From positions 1-39,256 of IMG/VR virus record IMGVR_UViG_3300009678_001044: a stretch of DNA of 39,256 nt; one strand, written 5' to 3'. A model generated the notes under the pieces. It was not told the origin of the DNA and ran no database searches. It worked only from the letters and a program-made list of their open reading frames with translations. Shown piece by piece: positions 15,698 through 25,630 of the stretch (its first letter is position 1; every line of letters begins with the position of its first letter). The stretch comes from a virus (Duplodnaviria > Caudoviricetes). The position numbers were made by a program, and so were the translations under genes.

Positions 15698-17913
15698 TGT
15701 ACTCCGCAAAGGTCACACAGAGACAACTCACACGGGCCGAGCGCGAGATTAGCGTGAAGGAGCCGGGGTTCAAGATCCAACGGCTCAGTGTGTCCGAAGT
15801 GATCGCGCTTAACTACGAGCTGTATGGGTATGCGGATGTGGATAAGGGAGTGTTCGTCAAAGAACTCCCGTTGAAACTCCGTAGGGCGGTTCTGTCGGAG
15901 CGGGCGCTGTGCAAGTGGGACTTTTCATATTTCATGACCCGTTACCACCATATTATGGATTGGCAAACGGAGCAGTATGTTCGCATGGTTCCGAATATTG
16001 CTCAGCGGATCGTGTTGAGTATCATGGCTGAGCAGGAGGAAGGGAAGCTCAGCATAGACCTGCAATCACTCAAAGCTCGGCAGCTCGGGATCACAACGCT
16101 CTCCGAAGCCGTGATCGAACACAGGGTACTCTTCCATCCGAACTCACGGGCTGCCGTAGGCTCTGCGAATCCGGAGAAATCCGCCAAGATGGTCCAGATG
16201 ATCGAGAAGAGCATCGATCGGATTCCGTTCTGGTTGCTCCCGCAGATGACGAAACATGAGACGAACAGCTACATCGAGTTCGGGGGGATTGGAAGCTGGC
16301 TGAGTGTCTATCACGGAGCGATGAAGACCGGGTTCGCACGAGGCGAGACGCCGACGATCGCACACCTGTCGGAAGTGACGGAGTGGTTGGACCCGGATGC
16401 CGATATCGATGCCGCGCTCATGTTCGCCATGCACAAGGGGCCTCGTAGAATCTTGATTCTGGAATCCACGGCGGGGGTGATTAAGAGTTGGTTCCATAAG
16501 CAGTGGAAGTGGAACAAGGAGCGGTGGGGCGTGAGTGGGCAGGTCGCGAGACTCCGGCCCATGTTCCTCCCGTGGTTCGTGGGAAGGGATATGTACCCGA
16601 CGGTTACAGACGAGAGGCAGCATCCGATCCCGAGGGATTGGAAACCGAGTGTCCTCACGGAGAAACACGCACTTTCTGCTAAAGAGTATGTGCAGAGTGA
16701 TCCGTTGCTGAGGGAAGCACTTGGAGCTGGGTGGGAGATGCCGCGAGAGCAGATGTGGTGGTGGGAGTACACACGCGAGTACTATAAAGAGAAAGGGACA
16801 CTTAACAACTTCCTTCGCGAATGCCCGTCGAATGATATCGAGTGCTTTTCGAGTATGTACTCCAATGTGTTCGACGCGGAGGTGTTGATGGCGCTCCAGG
16901 CGGGAGCCAAGTCGCCATTCACCGACGGGGGCGATATGTACATGCTCGATGGGCCACCCGATGAGATCCGGGAGGAACTCAAGCCCGATCGTCGGCAGAT
17001 CGATACAGACAGGAAACCCCTGCTGATTGATAAGAGGTATACGCTCTACCCTCTCCGTCGCTCGCTCTGGAGTGCGATGATGAACCCGGACAAGATCATC
17101 TACGTGTGGGAGCCGCCGGGGGATGGGAAAACGTACGGGGTTGGGGTCGACACTTCGAAAGGTCTGGGGAACGACGCATCAAATGTTGCCGTAGTGCGGA
17201 AGGCTACGATGACGCATATCGCGAGGCAGGCGTGTGAGTTCAATTCCCTCTGGATCTCCGCGAATGATCTCCATCCGTGGGTGCATTGCATCGCAAGACT
17301 CTATCAGACCAAAGAAGCTGGGACTGAGTATCTCCAGCAACCGAAGATCGCCGTGGAGGTGAACAACGGCGGCGATGCGTGCCAGATCGCGCTTCAGAAG
17401 ATGGGGTGGAGGAATTTCCATAACTGGGTCCGCGCGGATAAGAAAATCATCGATGAGGGGAAGGCGAATTATCTCGGCGTGCTGATGAACGAGAATTTCC
17501 GCTCGAAGGTGTTCGGGCATGGGGTGAAGGCGATTAAGAACGGGCTGGTTGATATCGATTCCCCGTGGCTCATGGATGAGATCAGCACCCTTGAGAAGGA
17601 CGTGGAACGCGATCGGATCGACCACGCGAACGAGTGCCATGATGATCGGTTTGTGGCGCTCGGCATTATCCTCGTATCGTTGTACGAGTTTGAGTGGGAC
17701 TCGCTGGTGTCGATGTTTGGCAAGGCGCGGATCATGGAAGAGATGCAGGTGATGGGAGAGGTGAAGGAGAAGACGTACGCCCGACAACCGTCTCAATCCC
17801 CGCTCTCGAAACTCATCTCTGAGGGGGAAACTGAGCGTGTAATTTGGACCCCGCAGTCCGACACCTGGGATGGATACGATCAGCGATTCGCGCCGAAGTG
17901 GGAGGGGAACTAA
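15697..17913 (+). CDS. terL: Terminase large subunit
   Basis: LKARQLGITT (Walker A), HLSEV, ILESTA, F.PWF, nuclease GVDTSKG and HDDRFVALGI. Confidence 0.95.
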   Translation: MYSAKVTQRQLTRAEREISVKEPGFKIQRLSVSEVIALNYELYGYADVDKGVFVKELPLKLRRAVLSERALCKWDFSYFMTRYHHIMDWQTEQYVRMVPNIAQRIVLSIMAEQEEGKLSIDLQSLKARQLGITTLSEAVIEHRVLFHPNSRAAVGSANPEKSAKMVQMIEKSIDRIPFWLLPQMTKHETNSYIEFGGIGSWLSVYHGAMKTGFARGETPTIAHLSEVTEWLDPDADIDAALMFAMHKGPRRILILESTAGVIKSWFHKQWKWNKERWGVSGQVARLRPMFLPWFVGRDMYPTVTDERQHPIPRDWKPSVLTEKHALSAKEYVQSDPLLREALGAGWEMPREQMWWWEYTREYYKEKGTLNNFLRECPSNDIECFSSMYSNVFDAEVLMALQAGAKSPFTDGGDMYMLDGPPDEIREELKPDRRQIDTDRKPLLIDKRYTLYPLRRSLWSAMMNPDKIIYVWEPPGDGKTYGVGVDTSKGLGNDASNVAVVRKATMTHIARQACEFNSLWISANDLHPWVHCIARLYQTKEAGTEYLQQPKIAVEVNNGGDACQIALQKMGWRNFHNWVRADKKIIDEGKANYLGVLMNENFRSKVFGHGVKAIKNGLVDIDSPWLMDEISTLEKDVERDRIDHANECHDDRFVALGIILVSLYEFEWDSLVSMFGKARIMEEMQVMGEVKEKTYARQPSQSPLSKLISEGETERVIWTPQSDTWDGYDQRFAPKWEGN

Positions 17914-18317
17914 TGCCACGCGATAACCAACCGTATGAGATGCCCATGCCGGAAGGTGCGACTCCAGCTCCAATGGATGATGTGATCGCTCCTCCCGCGA
18001 TTGATGACTTCGAGACGATGAAGCGGACGTTGCTGGATGCGGAGGGGAACGTGAAGCCCACGAGGCCGCTCTCGCTCGATCCCTGTCCGAAATGCAAATC
18101 CGTGCATGAGACCGGGAAGCCGCCGATCTGTGTGTGCGTGAAGTGTATGAAGCTGGGGCGCATTGTCTGGTGCGGGCAGTGCGTACGATGCTCGTGGACC
18201 GAGTACGCGGGGAGGTTTGGGGAGGAGATTGCGGATCTGGTGTTCCCCCAGTATGGAACGTGGAGGAAGGGGGAAGTGGAGAGACTGAAAAGGGAGGGAG
18301 AGGAATGGGAGCGATAG
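17913..18317 (+). CDS. Cys-rich hypothetical protein
   Basis: TAATG overlap with terL; CPKC, CVKC, CGQCVRC. Confidence 0.65.
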   Translation: MPRDNQPYEMPMPEGATPAPMDDVIAPPAIDDFETMKRTLLDAEGNVKPTRPLSLDPCPKCKSVHETGKPPICVCVKCMKLGRIVWCGQCVRCSWTEYAGRFGEEIADLVFPQYGTWRKGEVERLKREGEEWER

Positions 18318-18820
18318 TTTGTGAGCTTTGTAATCGGAAGGTGCAGGTGGGCGATTGGCCTCACTGTCCTCACGGATCGATCTACGAGAGGAACGCGACG
18401 ACAGCAGCGCCGACGGTAGTGTTCAGAAACAGCAAGGGGGAGTACCGATTTCCAGGGAGAGATACGGATAAGCCACCGCGTGGGTTCCAACGGGTGGAAC
18501 TCTCAGGTAGAAGCGCAGACCGTTTCGAAAAGGAAATGAACGCTCGCGAAACGGAGAAACTGCGGATGGTCGAGTATGGGAAGCTGGAAGCCGCGAGGCA
18601 TACGTTCGCTCAGCATAAGGATAAGTTGCTCGCGATTAAGAACAATTCCCAATCCGAACACACCAAGCGCTTCGTGGACTTGTGCTTCGCGGATGCTGAT
18701 CGCCGCCTCAATCGGAACATCAAGGATGAAGCTGGGTTCCACATGGAACATCGACATCAGGATGCGAGTAATCGGGCTCCTTGGCAGGATAAGGACACGA
18801 ATTGGAAAGACAGACGCTAG
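18305..18820 (+). CDS. Zn-ribbon protein between terminase and portal
   Basis: CELC...VGDWPHCPHG; GAGG RBS before ATG 18305. Confidence 0.7.
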   Translation: MGAIVCELCNRKVQVGDWPHCPHGSIYERNATTAAPTVVFRNSKGEYRFPGRDTDKPPRGFQRVELSGRSADRFEKEMNARETEKLRMVEYGKLEAARHTFAQHKDKLLAIKNNSQSEHTKRFVDLCFADADRRLNRNIKDEAGFHMEHRHQDASNRAPWQDKDTNWKDRR

Positions 18821-18846
18821 GGAAATGTGTTATGCCATAGCACACT

Positions 18847-21054
18847 ATGGACCTAAATGCGCTTGGATTTCACAGAGGGTGGCGTTGCCCGCAGAGTTGG
18901 GAAGACCCCAAGGGCACCCTGCGGCTGGGATGGCTGAGTGAAGCAAGGAAAGAAGGGACCAATTACCTCCGTGGCCAAGCAGTCTACCCCTTCCTCGATC
19001 AGGCGCTGGCAGTGATCTCGGGGATGGTCGCAGAGGCGATCCCGAAGAATCTCTCCGATGTGTATGTGAATCGACTGAGACGGCAGAGTCGTGAGTTAGT
19101 CGCTACCATCTCCAACCTCCGCCCGCTGTGGGGCTACCGCACCGATAACGAGATGTTCCTCCCGATGAGCGGGAATCTCACGCGGCTGAATCTCGCGTGG
19201 TGGCAGGGGACGTACGCGGATCAGAAGGTGAAGAGTGCGCTCCAATGGGCATGTGTGAGCACTGGATACATCATGCCCATCTGGAGGCGGAATTATTGGG
19301 GTCCGGGGCAAGGGGATGTGGATCTGATCCCGCTGGGGCCTCGTGATGTGCTCCCCGTGCAGATCGGGAGGGATCATGATCTCCAACGTGCATATGCGGT
19401 GATTGTTGTCGAAGAAACCCCCATCGCGCAGATGATCGCACAATATCCGCACTACGCGGATCGGATCAAAGCTACCCGAAACTCTCCGAGTTGGTTCGGA
19501 TCGTTCGGCACACGAATCAAACGTGCTCTGCGGAGCGGTCCCCGGCATGTGATCGATATCATCCAGGATCGGGGTGAGGATGCCATGCCCTCCGGACCTA
19601 CGTGTGACAAATTCACCGTGTATATCCTCGATGGGACCATCAACCGCACGGATCGCCCGATGGATATGGGAAAGCCGGGGACTTCATGGAATTACAGGGT
19701 CCCCAACCTCGGTGCGGAGATCCCCACGCATGGGATGGAGAAACAGACACGGGAAGCGACCGAGGACGACTGTCTGCTATACCCGCTCCGTCGCTGCCTC
19801 GTCGCAACCGATGACGTGGTGCTGAGTGATGGCCCAGCTACCAATTGGCATGGACAGGTGCCGCTGGCGCAGTTCTGTCTGGATAAGTGGCCGGATCAAT
19901 TCCTTGGATACTCGATCATTCATGATGGCTGGAGCATACAGAAGGCGATCAACAACAACCTGCGTGCGTATCAGGATTGTGTGAATCAGATTCTACGCCC
20001 CCATGTGGGGTACGATCCCAACGGATCTGCGAGGAAGGATATCGAGAAATTCGACCCTCGCGTGCCTGGACAGAAGATCCCGCTGGATACTCGTCTGGGG
20101 GAGAAGTTCGAATTCATCCAGATGCCGGGGATGCCCGCTGGGCTCTCGCCACTGGACTTTCACCAGTTGTTAGTGGCCGAAATGGATCACATGCTCGCGA
20201 TTCCGGATATGAAGGCACTCGCGAGGGCAGCACAGATTCCGAGCGACAACACGCTCGACAAGCTACAGGAAATTGCTGGCCCCGTTGTGGAAGACATGAG
20301 TCGGAGCATGGAGCAACCGCTAACGGTCCTTGGTGAGCAGGTGAAGTCGATGTTCTACCAGTATTATCCCGATCAGCGGAAGATGGCGATCCTCGGGGCG
20401 GATGGGCGGCAGCAATACTTTGAGTTCAAGCGGGATATGCTGGTCCCGAGCGGGTTCATGGATAAAGGAAAGCGGGAGGATCGGCGGTTCCTGATCCCGG
20501 ATAATATGGAACGCGCACGGATGGCGAGGAGCGAGTGCGTGTTGCAGATCGTTCCGGGCTCCCTCCATCAGATCACGCAGACGAAATCGAAGATGTTCGC
20601 GCTGGCGCTGTGGAGGGATCAGCGGTTCCCGATCGATCCGCAAACGATCGCAGAACGTTTCGAGATGAATCAATTTGGGGAGCTTCCTGGCTCCCTCCCG
20701 ACGATGTTACAAAGGTGGGCCGCATGGAAAAAGATCGAAGTTCAGGGAGCTGTGGACCAAATGAAGTATCAGATGGTGGGACAGGCGGAGGGACAAATAG
20801 AAGCGCAGAAGGTCATGATGGCAGCTCAGCTCGACCCGATCATCCAGATGTTGAATCAACTCATGGCGGAGGGAGGTGGGCAACAACCTACGTCCGAAAA
20901 TGGGAGTGGACAAAGTGGATCAGGGGAAGCGGCATCTGCGAATGGAAGTGGGGGTCACGTTGGGAGACCACCCAGCGGAGAAGTAGCGCCTCACCTGGAG
21001 ACGAAGAAGGATGAAGCGGGAGCCCCGAGGGTTACGGTGAGTGAATCGAAATGA
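18847..21054 (+). CDS. Portal protein (podovirus/P22-like)
   Basis: 735 aa after terminase; VYVNRLRR, WHGQVPLAQF...W...FLGYSI, Q-rich helical C-terminus; synteny. Confidence 0.8.
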   Translation: MDLNALGFHRGWRCPQSWEDPKGTLRLGWLSEARKEGTNYLRGQAVYPFLDQALAVISGMVAEAIPKNLSDVYVNRLRRQSRELVATISNLRPLWGYRTDNEMFLPMSGNLTRLNLAWWQGTYADQKVKSALQWACVSTGYIMPIWRRNYWGPGQGDVDLIPLGPRDVLPVQIGRDHDLQRAYAVIVVEETPIAQMIAQYPHYADRIKATRNSPSWFGSFGTRIKRALRSGPRHVIDIIQDRGEDAMPSGPTCDKFTVYILDGTINRTDRPMDMGKPGTSWNYRVPNLGAEIPTHGMEKQTREATEDDCLLYPLRRCLVATDDVVLSDGPATNWHGQVPLAQFCLDKWPDQFLGYSIIHDGWSIQKAINNNLRAYQDCVNQILRPHVGYDPNGSARKDIEKFDPRVPGQKIPLDTRLGEKFEFIQMPGMPAGLSPLDFHQLLVAEMDHMLAIPDMKALARAAQIPSDNTLDKLQEIAGPVVEDMSRSMEQPLTVLGEQVKSMFYQYYPDQRKMAILGADGRQQYFEFKRDMLVPSGFMDKGKREDRRFLIPDNMERARMARSECVLQIVPGSLHQITQTKSKMFALALWRDQRFPIDPQTIAERFEMNQFGELPGSLPTMLQRWAAWKKIEVQGAVDQMKYQMVGQAEGQIEAQKVMMAAQLDPIIQMLNQLMAEGGGQQPTSENGSGQSGSGEAASANGSGGHVGRPPSGEVAPHLETKKDEAGAPRVTVSESK

Positions 21055-21407
21055 TGGGCCTCTCGTACAAATCCCTCTTCAACCGCCTGCTCTCCAAAGA
21101 TAAGCATCGACTTCTCCAACCGGTGATGGTCATGGGGGACTTGCATGGGTATGCGTTCCTGTGCCCCGGATGTGGCTCCCGTCACTTTCTCCCTACGAAT
21201 GTGAATGACGCCGAAGGTCGTCGATGGGCGTTCAATAAGGATATGGAGCACCCCTCGTTCTCCCCGGCGTTCAGATTCATTATGGAACATGAGGATCGAA
21301 GGTCCGATGTGTGTGCGGGGTGGGTGTCGCGGGGAGTGCTCGATTTCACCGACGATTGCACGCATGTGATGAGAGGAAAGATTGTTCCAATGTCGCCTCT
21401 GGATTAG
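21051..21407 (+). CDS. DUF6527-like metal-binding protein
   Basis: FLCPGCGSRH...W.FN.D.EHPSFSP...C...V..G...F.DDCTH...G.IVP. Confidence 0.65.
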   Translation: MMGLSYKSLFNRLLSKDKHRLLQPVMVMGDLHGYAFLCPGCGSRHFLPTNVNDAEGRRWAFNKDMEHPSFSPAFRFIMEHEDRRSDVCAGWVSRGVLDFTDDCTHVMRGKIVPMSPLD

Positions 21408-21426
21408 CGCGCAGCGCAGATTCTTC

Positions 21427-21456
21427 TTGACACTACCCGTGGTGTAGTGCTTGATT
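21427..21456 (+). promoter_or_regulatory. Possible internal promoter with overlapping inverted repeat
   Basis: TTGACA 21427-21432; CACTAC-N7-GTAGTG 21431-21449; weak -10. Confidence 0.35.
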
Positions 21457-21488
21457 GTCAGCACAATCTGTTCCTTATTAAGGACACT

Positions 21489-21911
21489 ATGCCGAAGAAA
21501 AAGAAAGCGACTTCCTCCTCTCCAAAAACCGAAGGAGATCCAACTCCTACTCTCTTCGCTTATGAGAGTGATGGAGTTGTGACTTCGAATGCACTGGGTG
21601 GGTGGGATTACTCGCTCCGAGAGGCCGCACTGCGGCAACTGGAGCTACAGCCCCAGTATCGAAGCCTCCTTGGGAGTGGATGGATCGGAAATCCCAGCGT
21701 GTCGCTCTGTGCGTATCACATGACGAACATGGCGATCGGGCTTGCGGATGGATCGTATCGGGAGGCATATAACACTCCCGACACTGAGACCCCCGATGGC
21801 CGCGTACTCCCTTCGATGTCCGAGTTCGCGAAGTGGGTTGAGGACTACAAGCCCATGATCTACGTGGATATCGAGAAGTGGATTCGGGAGCTGCCCACGC
21901 CGAGTGAGTAG
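21489..21911 (+). CDS. Hypothetical protein
   Basis: TAAGGACACT RBS before ATG 21489. Confidence 0.7.
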   Translation: MPKKKKATSSSPKTEGDPTPTLFAYESDGVVTSNALGGWDYSLREAALRQLELQPQYRSLLGSGWIGNPSVSLCAYHMTNMAIGLADGSYREAYNTPDTETPDGRVLPSMSEFAKWVEDYKPMIYVDIEKWIRELPTPSE

Positions 21912-22085
21912 ATGCCGATCAAGAGCGCGAAGCAATACAGGCTTATGAGGGCGGCGGCGGACGGCAGCGTGAAGGATGGCCCCTCGAAGGAAGTAGCGAG
22001 GGAGTTCCTGAGTGAGACGGGGCATAAGAAACGCAGTGAATTCGCGAGAGTGAAACGGTCGAGTTCACGTAGGAGTTCACGGTGA
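21912..22085 (+). CDS. Small basic phage head-region protein, 57 aa (not in ORF track)
   Basis: MPIKSAKQYRLMRAAADGSVKDGPSKEVAREF..., a recurrent small-protein pattern in phage head modules. Confidence 0.7.
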   Translation: MPIKSAKQYRLMRAAADGSVKDGPSKEVAREFLSETGHKKRSEFARVKRSSSRRSSR

Positions 22086-22108
22086 AAGCTGGCTGTGGCG
22101 AATCGATC

Positions 22109-22219
22109 ATGATGGATAAAACAAAAGGCAAATCCGCTGCCGATTCGAATCGATCGTTCGGACGGAAGCCAAAGACCCGCATGATGCCGAGGAAGCTGAG
22201 TAGGAAGACATCGAGGTAA
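22109..22219 (+). CDS. 36-aa Lys/Arg-rich peptide
   Basis: MMDKTKGKSAADSNRSFGRKPKTRMMPRKLSRKTSR; ends 1 nt before the next ATG. Confidence 0.4.
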   Translation: MMDKTKGKSAADSNRSFGRKPKTRMMPRKLSRKTSR

Positions 22220-22220
22220 T

Positions 22221-22595
22221 ATGGGCGGCTTTGCTCCAACCCCAGAAGAACCCACAGCCCAACAGCCCCCGGAGGGTGCGTTCGCGCCCCAGCAGGGATT
22301 CGAAGGTGGGGAGGTAGCGGGCACTCCGCCCGGTGATCCGATGGCTGCGGCTGGAGGGGTCGCGGAGCAGAATGGCGGCATATTCGAGATGTTCCAGGAG
22401 ATGCAGATGGGGTTGCAAAACAGCTCCGATTTCCTGATGACGCTGAGTGGACAGTTCCCCGGAGCTGCGGAGCCCATTCGCCGTGTTCTGGAAGCGATGC
22501 AAGGGGCCTCGCAGGGGCTCATCGATATCATCCAAGCGGTGACGGTGGAAGCGTCTCAGCCCACCCCGAGCGCTCCACGGTCATCGTTTGGATGA
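22221..22595 (+). CDS. Pro/Gln-rich hypothetical head-module protein
   Basis: 124 aa, GAGGT RBS. Confidence 0.7.
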   Translation: MGGFAPTPEEPTAQQPPEGAFAPQQGFEGGEVAGTPPGDPMAAAGGVAEQNGGIFEMFQEMQMGLQNSSDFLMTLSGQFPGAAEPIRRVLEAMQGASQGLIDIIQAVTVEASQPTPSAPRSSFG

Positions 22596-22824
22596 GAAGC
22601 ATGTGAGATAGTGATAGAAGGATGAGCACGCATGGATGTGATGCTCATACAACGGAGTAAAGGACACAAAGAGTGCGAACGTTAATACCTCTCATACTTA
22701 GCACGATGCGTGTCCGGCTTACGAAGTTGATTATCCCAAGTGTGATTTTGTCCGGCTCGGGATGTTTGAGGTGCAGCATGAAGTTGCACACGCATTCATC
22801 CCGAAGGACCTACGGAGATGGCTT
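22596..22824 (+). promoter_or_regulatory. Structured 5' leader of scaffold gene
   Basis: ATGAGCA/TGCTCAT; nested CAAC/GTTG, GTAA/TTAC, GGACAC/GTGTCC, GTGC/GCAC; CGGGATG/CATCCCG; GTGCAGC/GTTGCAC. Confidence 0.5.
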
Positions 22825-23766
22825 ATGCCAATCAAACCGGAGTTGAAAGAGTGGCTGGATCGACTACCGCTCAGTGAGGACACGAAGAAACTGTTGTCGC
22901 CGGAGCTTGAGAAGGATGAAGTGCAGAACAAGTTCTTCGAGACGATGGTGCCGAGGAGCGAGTATTCGAAGACACTGAATGCGAAGGATCAGGAAGCGAA
23001 GCAGTTGATTGAGAATGAGCGGAAGATCACGCTCATGACGAAGAATTCGTACGATACCTTCAAGGCCAATGAAGAGAAGCGGGTGAGGGAATTCTACGAC
23101 GCGACTAACGCTCAGCTTCTCGCGGCACAGAAGCAGGCGAAGGCATACGAATCGCGATTGGGAGAACTGGTAAACCAGGGGCTTATCACGACCGAGGAAG
23201 CTACCGTCGCGAAGACTGAGTTCATCCAGCAACAAATCCAGCAGCCACCCATTGAACGGAAGTATGTGTCGAAAGAGGATCTCGATTCCACGATCGGGAA
23301 CACGTACATCCAGAACGCTCGGAACATCGCGAAGATCAACGATATCGCGGATGCGCATTTTGATTTGTTCGGTACGCGGCTGAGTCGGGATGAACTCGTA
23401 CAGGCTACCCTCGATGCCAATCAAGGCTCCTCGAAAGTTGTCACGATCGAGGAAGTCTGGGCGAAGAAGTACGGGGTCGATGCGAAGCGAACAGAGTTAT
23501 CGAAGGTTGCTGAGGATGCGAGAATTAAAGCTGCGGTTGATGAAGCCCTGGTCCGGGATCGTAGTGAGCGGGCGATCGAGGGATCTGGTGCGCCTTACAC
23601 CGGGCTCGATGACGGGGGCAATAAGCATATCCTCTCTATGTTCTCTGCGAAGGATGGAGCACATCGAGGGATGGGCGTATCTCCCTCTGTGGCTCGTGCG
23701 ACTGAAGCATACCGTCAGAAGCAGGCAGTTAGTAGTAATGGCACCGCAGGTGCGAAGTCCGGCTAA
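22825..23766 (+). CDS. Capsid scaffolding protein
   Basis: Coiled-coil 313-aa protein just upstream of the capsid gene; GGAG RBS before ATG 22825. Confidence 0.7.
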   Translation: MPIKPELKEWLDRLPLSEDTKKLLSPELEKDEVQNKFFETMVPRSEYSKTLNAKDQEAKQLIENERKITLMTKNSYDTFKANEEKRVREFYDATNAQLLAAQKQAKAYESRLGELVNQGLITTEEATVAKTEFIQQQIQQPPIERKYVSKEDLDSTIGNTYIQNARNIAKINDIADAHFDLFGTRLSRDELVQATLDANQGSSKVVTIEEVWAKKYGVDAKRTELSKVAEDARIKAAVDEALVRDRSERAIEGSGAPYTGLDDGGNKHILSMFSAKDGAHRGMGVSPSVARATEAYRQKQAVSSNGTAGAKSG

Positions 23767-23767
23767 T

Positions 23768-23853
23768 CTCATTCCGAAGGCTCGAAGTGTATCCTCCGGG
23801 AATGGGTGATGCCCATCATAACCAATAGCGACGCCAGTCGCTCGGAGGATACA
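23768..23853 (+). promoter_or_regulatory. SD-sequestering RNA structure upstream of capsid gene
   Basis: Perfect 11-bp TGTATCCTCCG (23788-23798)/CGGAGGATACA (23843-23853) enclosing two hairpins. Confidence 0.65.
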
Positions 23854-23857
23854 GACA

Positions 23858-24970
23858 ATGGCCGATCCAGTCGTTAGTGAATTAGATGCCGCAACACAAG
23901 AGTACATCTGGCCCAACGCAGTCACGGATAACTTCTTCCGTGGCGATCCGGTAACAGCTTACTTCAGACAAACGGCGCTCACAGTGTTCCCCGGCGGACG
24001 GGACATGAGGGCAGCATTTAACTATGCCCCGCTGAATGGTGGCGCATACCTTCAAGGCGCTCCGTTCAATCTCGCGAAGCCCTCGACACTTACGTCTGAG
24101 GTGTTCACCCCCCGGTTCTATGAGGTGAACGTCACTGAATTTCTCGAACAAATTCGCGTTCAGAACGTGGGACCGGAAGCTGCTTTCAGTCTGGTTGAGA
24201 ACGATCTGAATAACGCAATGTCCACGATCTCTGCGATCTGCGGCGTGAATCTGGCGCTCGATGGGCAGCAAGCGGGACGATTGGCGCACATCAACGGATG
24301 GGATGAAGCGTACCAGGACGGGATCACCCCCGGATGGCAGGGCGTGGTGTTCCCCCTGTACGGAACCCAGGTCCGCAACGGCGCGATTGGGGATGTGCTG
24401 AACTCGATCCCGAGGTGGGGAGGGACGGCTGCTGGTGCCCCTGCTCCCATCACCTACGACTTCATCGCTGACGTATACCAAGATTGCGTGAGGGGGAACG
24501 TGGAACCCAACCTGATTGCGATGAACAAGCGGTTGTTCGCGGGATGCCAATCGCGTATCCAGGTCCAGCAGCGCTTCGCGCAGGAGAAAGATCCGATCTG
24601 GGGTGCGAGTGGGTTCAGGATTAACAATGCGATGGTTTTGAAGTCTGATTACTTCCCCTCCCTCGCGTATGGGAAGAATGATGGAATCCTTGGGAACTAC
24701 CTTACTGGAACATTTGTTGTTCCCGCAGGGGCGAGCGCTCAGTCGGAGCTGCCAACCGCTGGAACCACCGTCACCGTTGGCGAAGTGATGACTCTCTTCA
24801 ACACCGAGAAATGGATCTACTGGGTCGCGCGTGATCCGCTCTTCGCGTTCGGGTTCACGGGGTTCAAGACGGATATCGGCTCGACGCGAGTCGCTGGTCA
24901 AGTCCTCACGATGAACAACGCACAGAATCGCTCCCCGTGGTCCGGGAAGCAATGCTACGGATTGGCATAA
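23858..24970 (+). CDS. Major capsid protein
   Basis: 370 aa after scaffold; DNFF..DP..AY, GG......FNY, N.GPEAAFSL, PNLI, QQRF, GF...N.A....D pattern; GGAGGA RBS. Confidence 0.85.
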   Translation: MADPVVSELDAATQEYIWPNAVTDNFFRGDPVTAYFRQTALTVFPGGRDMRAAFNYAPLNGGAYLQGAPFNLAKPSTLTSEVFTPRFYEVNVTEFLEQIRVQNVGPEAAFSLVENDLNNAMSTISAICGVNLALDGQQAGRLAHINGWDEAYQDGITPGWQGVVFPLYGTQVRNGAIGDVLNSIPRWGGTAAGAPAPITYDFIADVYQDCVRGNVEPNLIAMNKRLFAGCQSRIQVQQRFAQEKDPIWGASGFRINNAMVLKSDYFPSLAYGKNDGILGNYLTGTFVVPAGASAQSELPTAGTTVTVGEVMTLFNTEKWIYWVARDPLFAFGFTGFKTDIGSTRVAGQVLTMNNAQNRSPWSGKQCYGLA

Positions 24971-25008
24971 CGGCACATCAATCACATTGAACCACGGAGG
25001 AACATGCT

Positions 25009-25596
25009 ATGGACGGACTGCAATTAGTTAGGGTGACAGGAAAACTCAACACCACGTATGATGACGCGGGGTCGTTCAGCGGTCAGCTCGGCCTCGTGAA
25101 CACCTTCACGAAGGAGCACGCGCTCCAGTTGTCGAATACCGACGTTGGGACGTTGTATGAGGGCCAGTATCAGTACGTGGAGCTGGATGAGACTCCAGTG
25201 GTTGATGAAGCCCTTGTGATCCCAGATGTGGGACTCGCGCTATTCTGGACCGACCGGGCCGCTTTCAAAGTCTCGACCAATGATGAGCTACGGAGTGAAC
25301 TCGCGGGCGTCTTCCTCTGCAACCCACAGCTCGATTCAGCGGGTGATCCTGTGGACCCGGCTGGGAAACGTATCTGGATGCAGAAGGTAGGGGTTGGGGT
25401 GAGTGGACGCGCAACCGTCCTCCTGCTGGCTGCGTCAACCGCTGCTGAAGATGAGCCCGTGATCGCCGCAGGCGATGGGACCGCTCAGTTCGATCGGGTG
25501 GCTGTCGAGGCCCCATTTGATGCGTTCACTGCGGGTCTTGCGAGTGGCGCGGATGACCCAACCTCGCACCTGCTCGTCATTCGGATGCTTGGTTGA
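25009..25596 (+). CDS. Capsid decoration/cement-like protein
   Basis: Follows capsid gene; YQYV...G.ALFW.D...AGVF...WMQ..G beta-rich pattern. Confidence 0.55.
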   Translation: MDGLQLVRVTGKLNTTYDDAGSFSGQLGLVNTFTKEHALQLSNTDVGTLYEGQYQYVELDETPVVDEALVIPDVGLALFWTDRAAFKVSTNDELRSELAGVFLCNPQLDSAGDPVDPAGKRIWMQKVGVGVSGRATVLLLAASTAAEDEPVIAAGDGTAQFDRVAVEAPFDAFTAGLASGADDPTSHLLVIRMLG

Positions 25597-25630
25597 TCTC
25601 TATGTCCTTACCTGTTCGGAGGAGCAAGCG

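Noticed and set aside
23882-24985. 367-aa antisense ORF over the capsid gene, and similar long antisense ORFs elsewhere
   Set aside because: Non-protein-like shadow frames expected in GC-rich coding DNA.
25475-25630. N-terminal extension of the 839-aa ORF
   Set aside because: Overlaps the upstream gene; RBS and signal peptide support GTG 25631.
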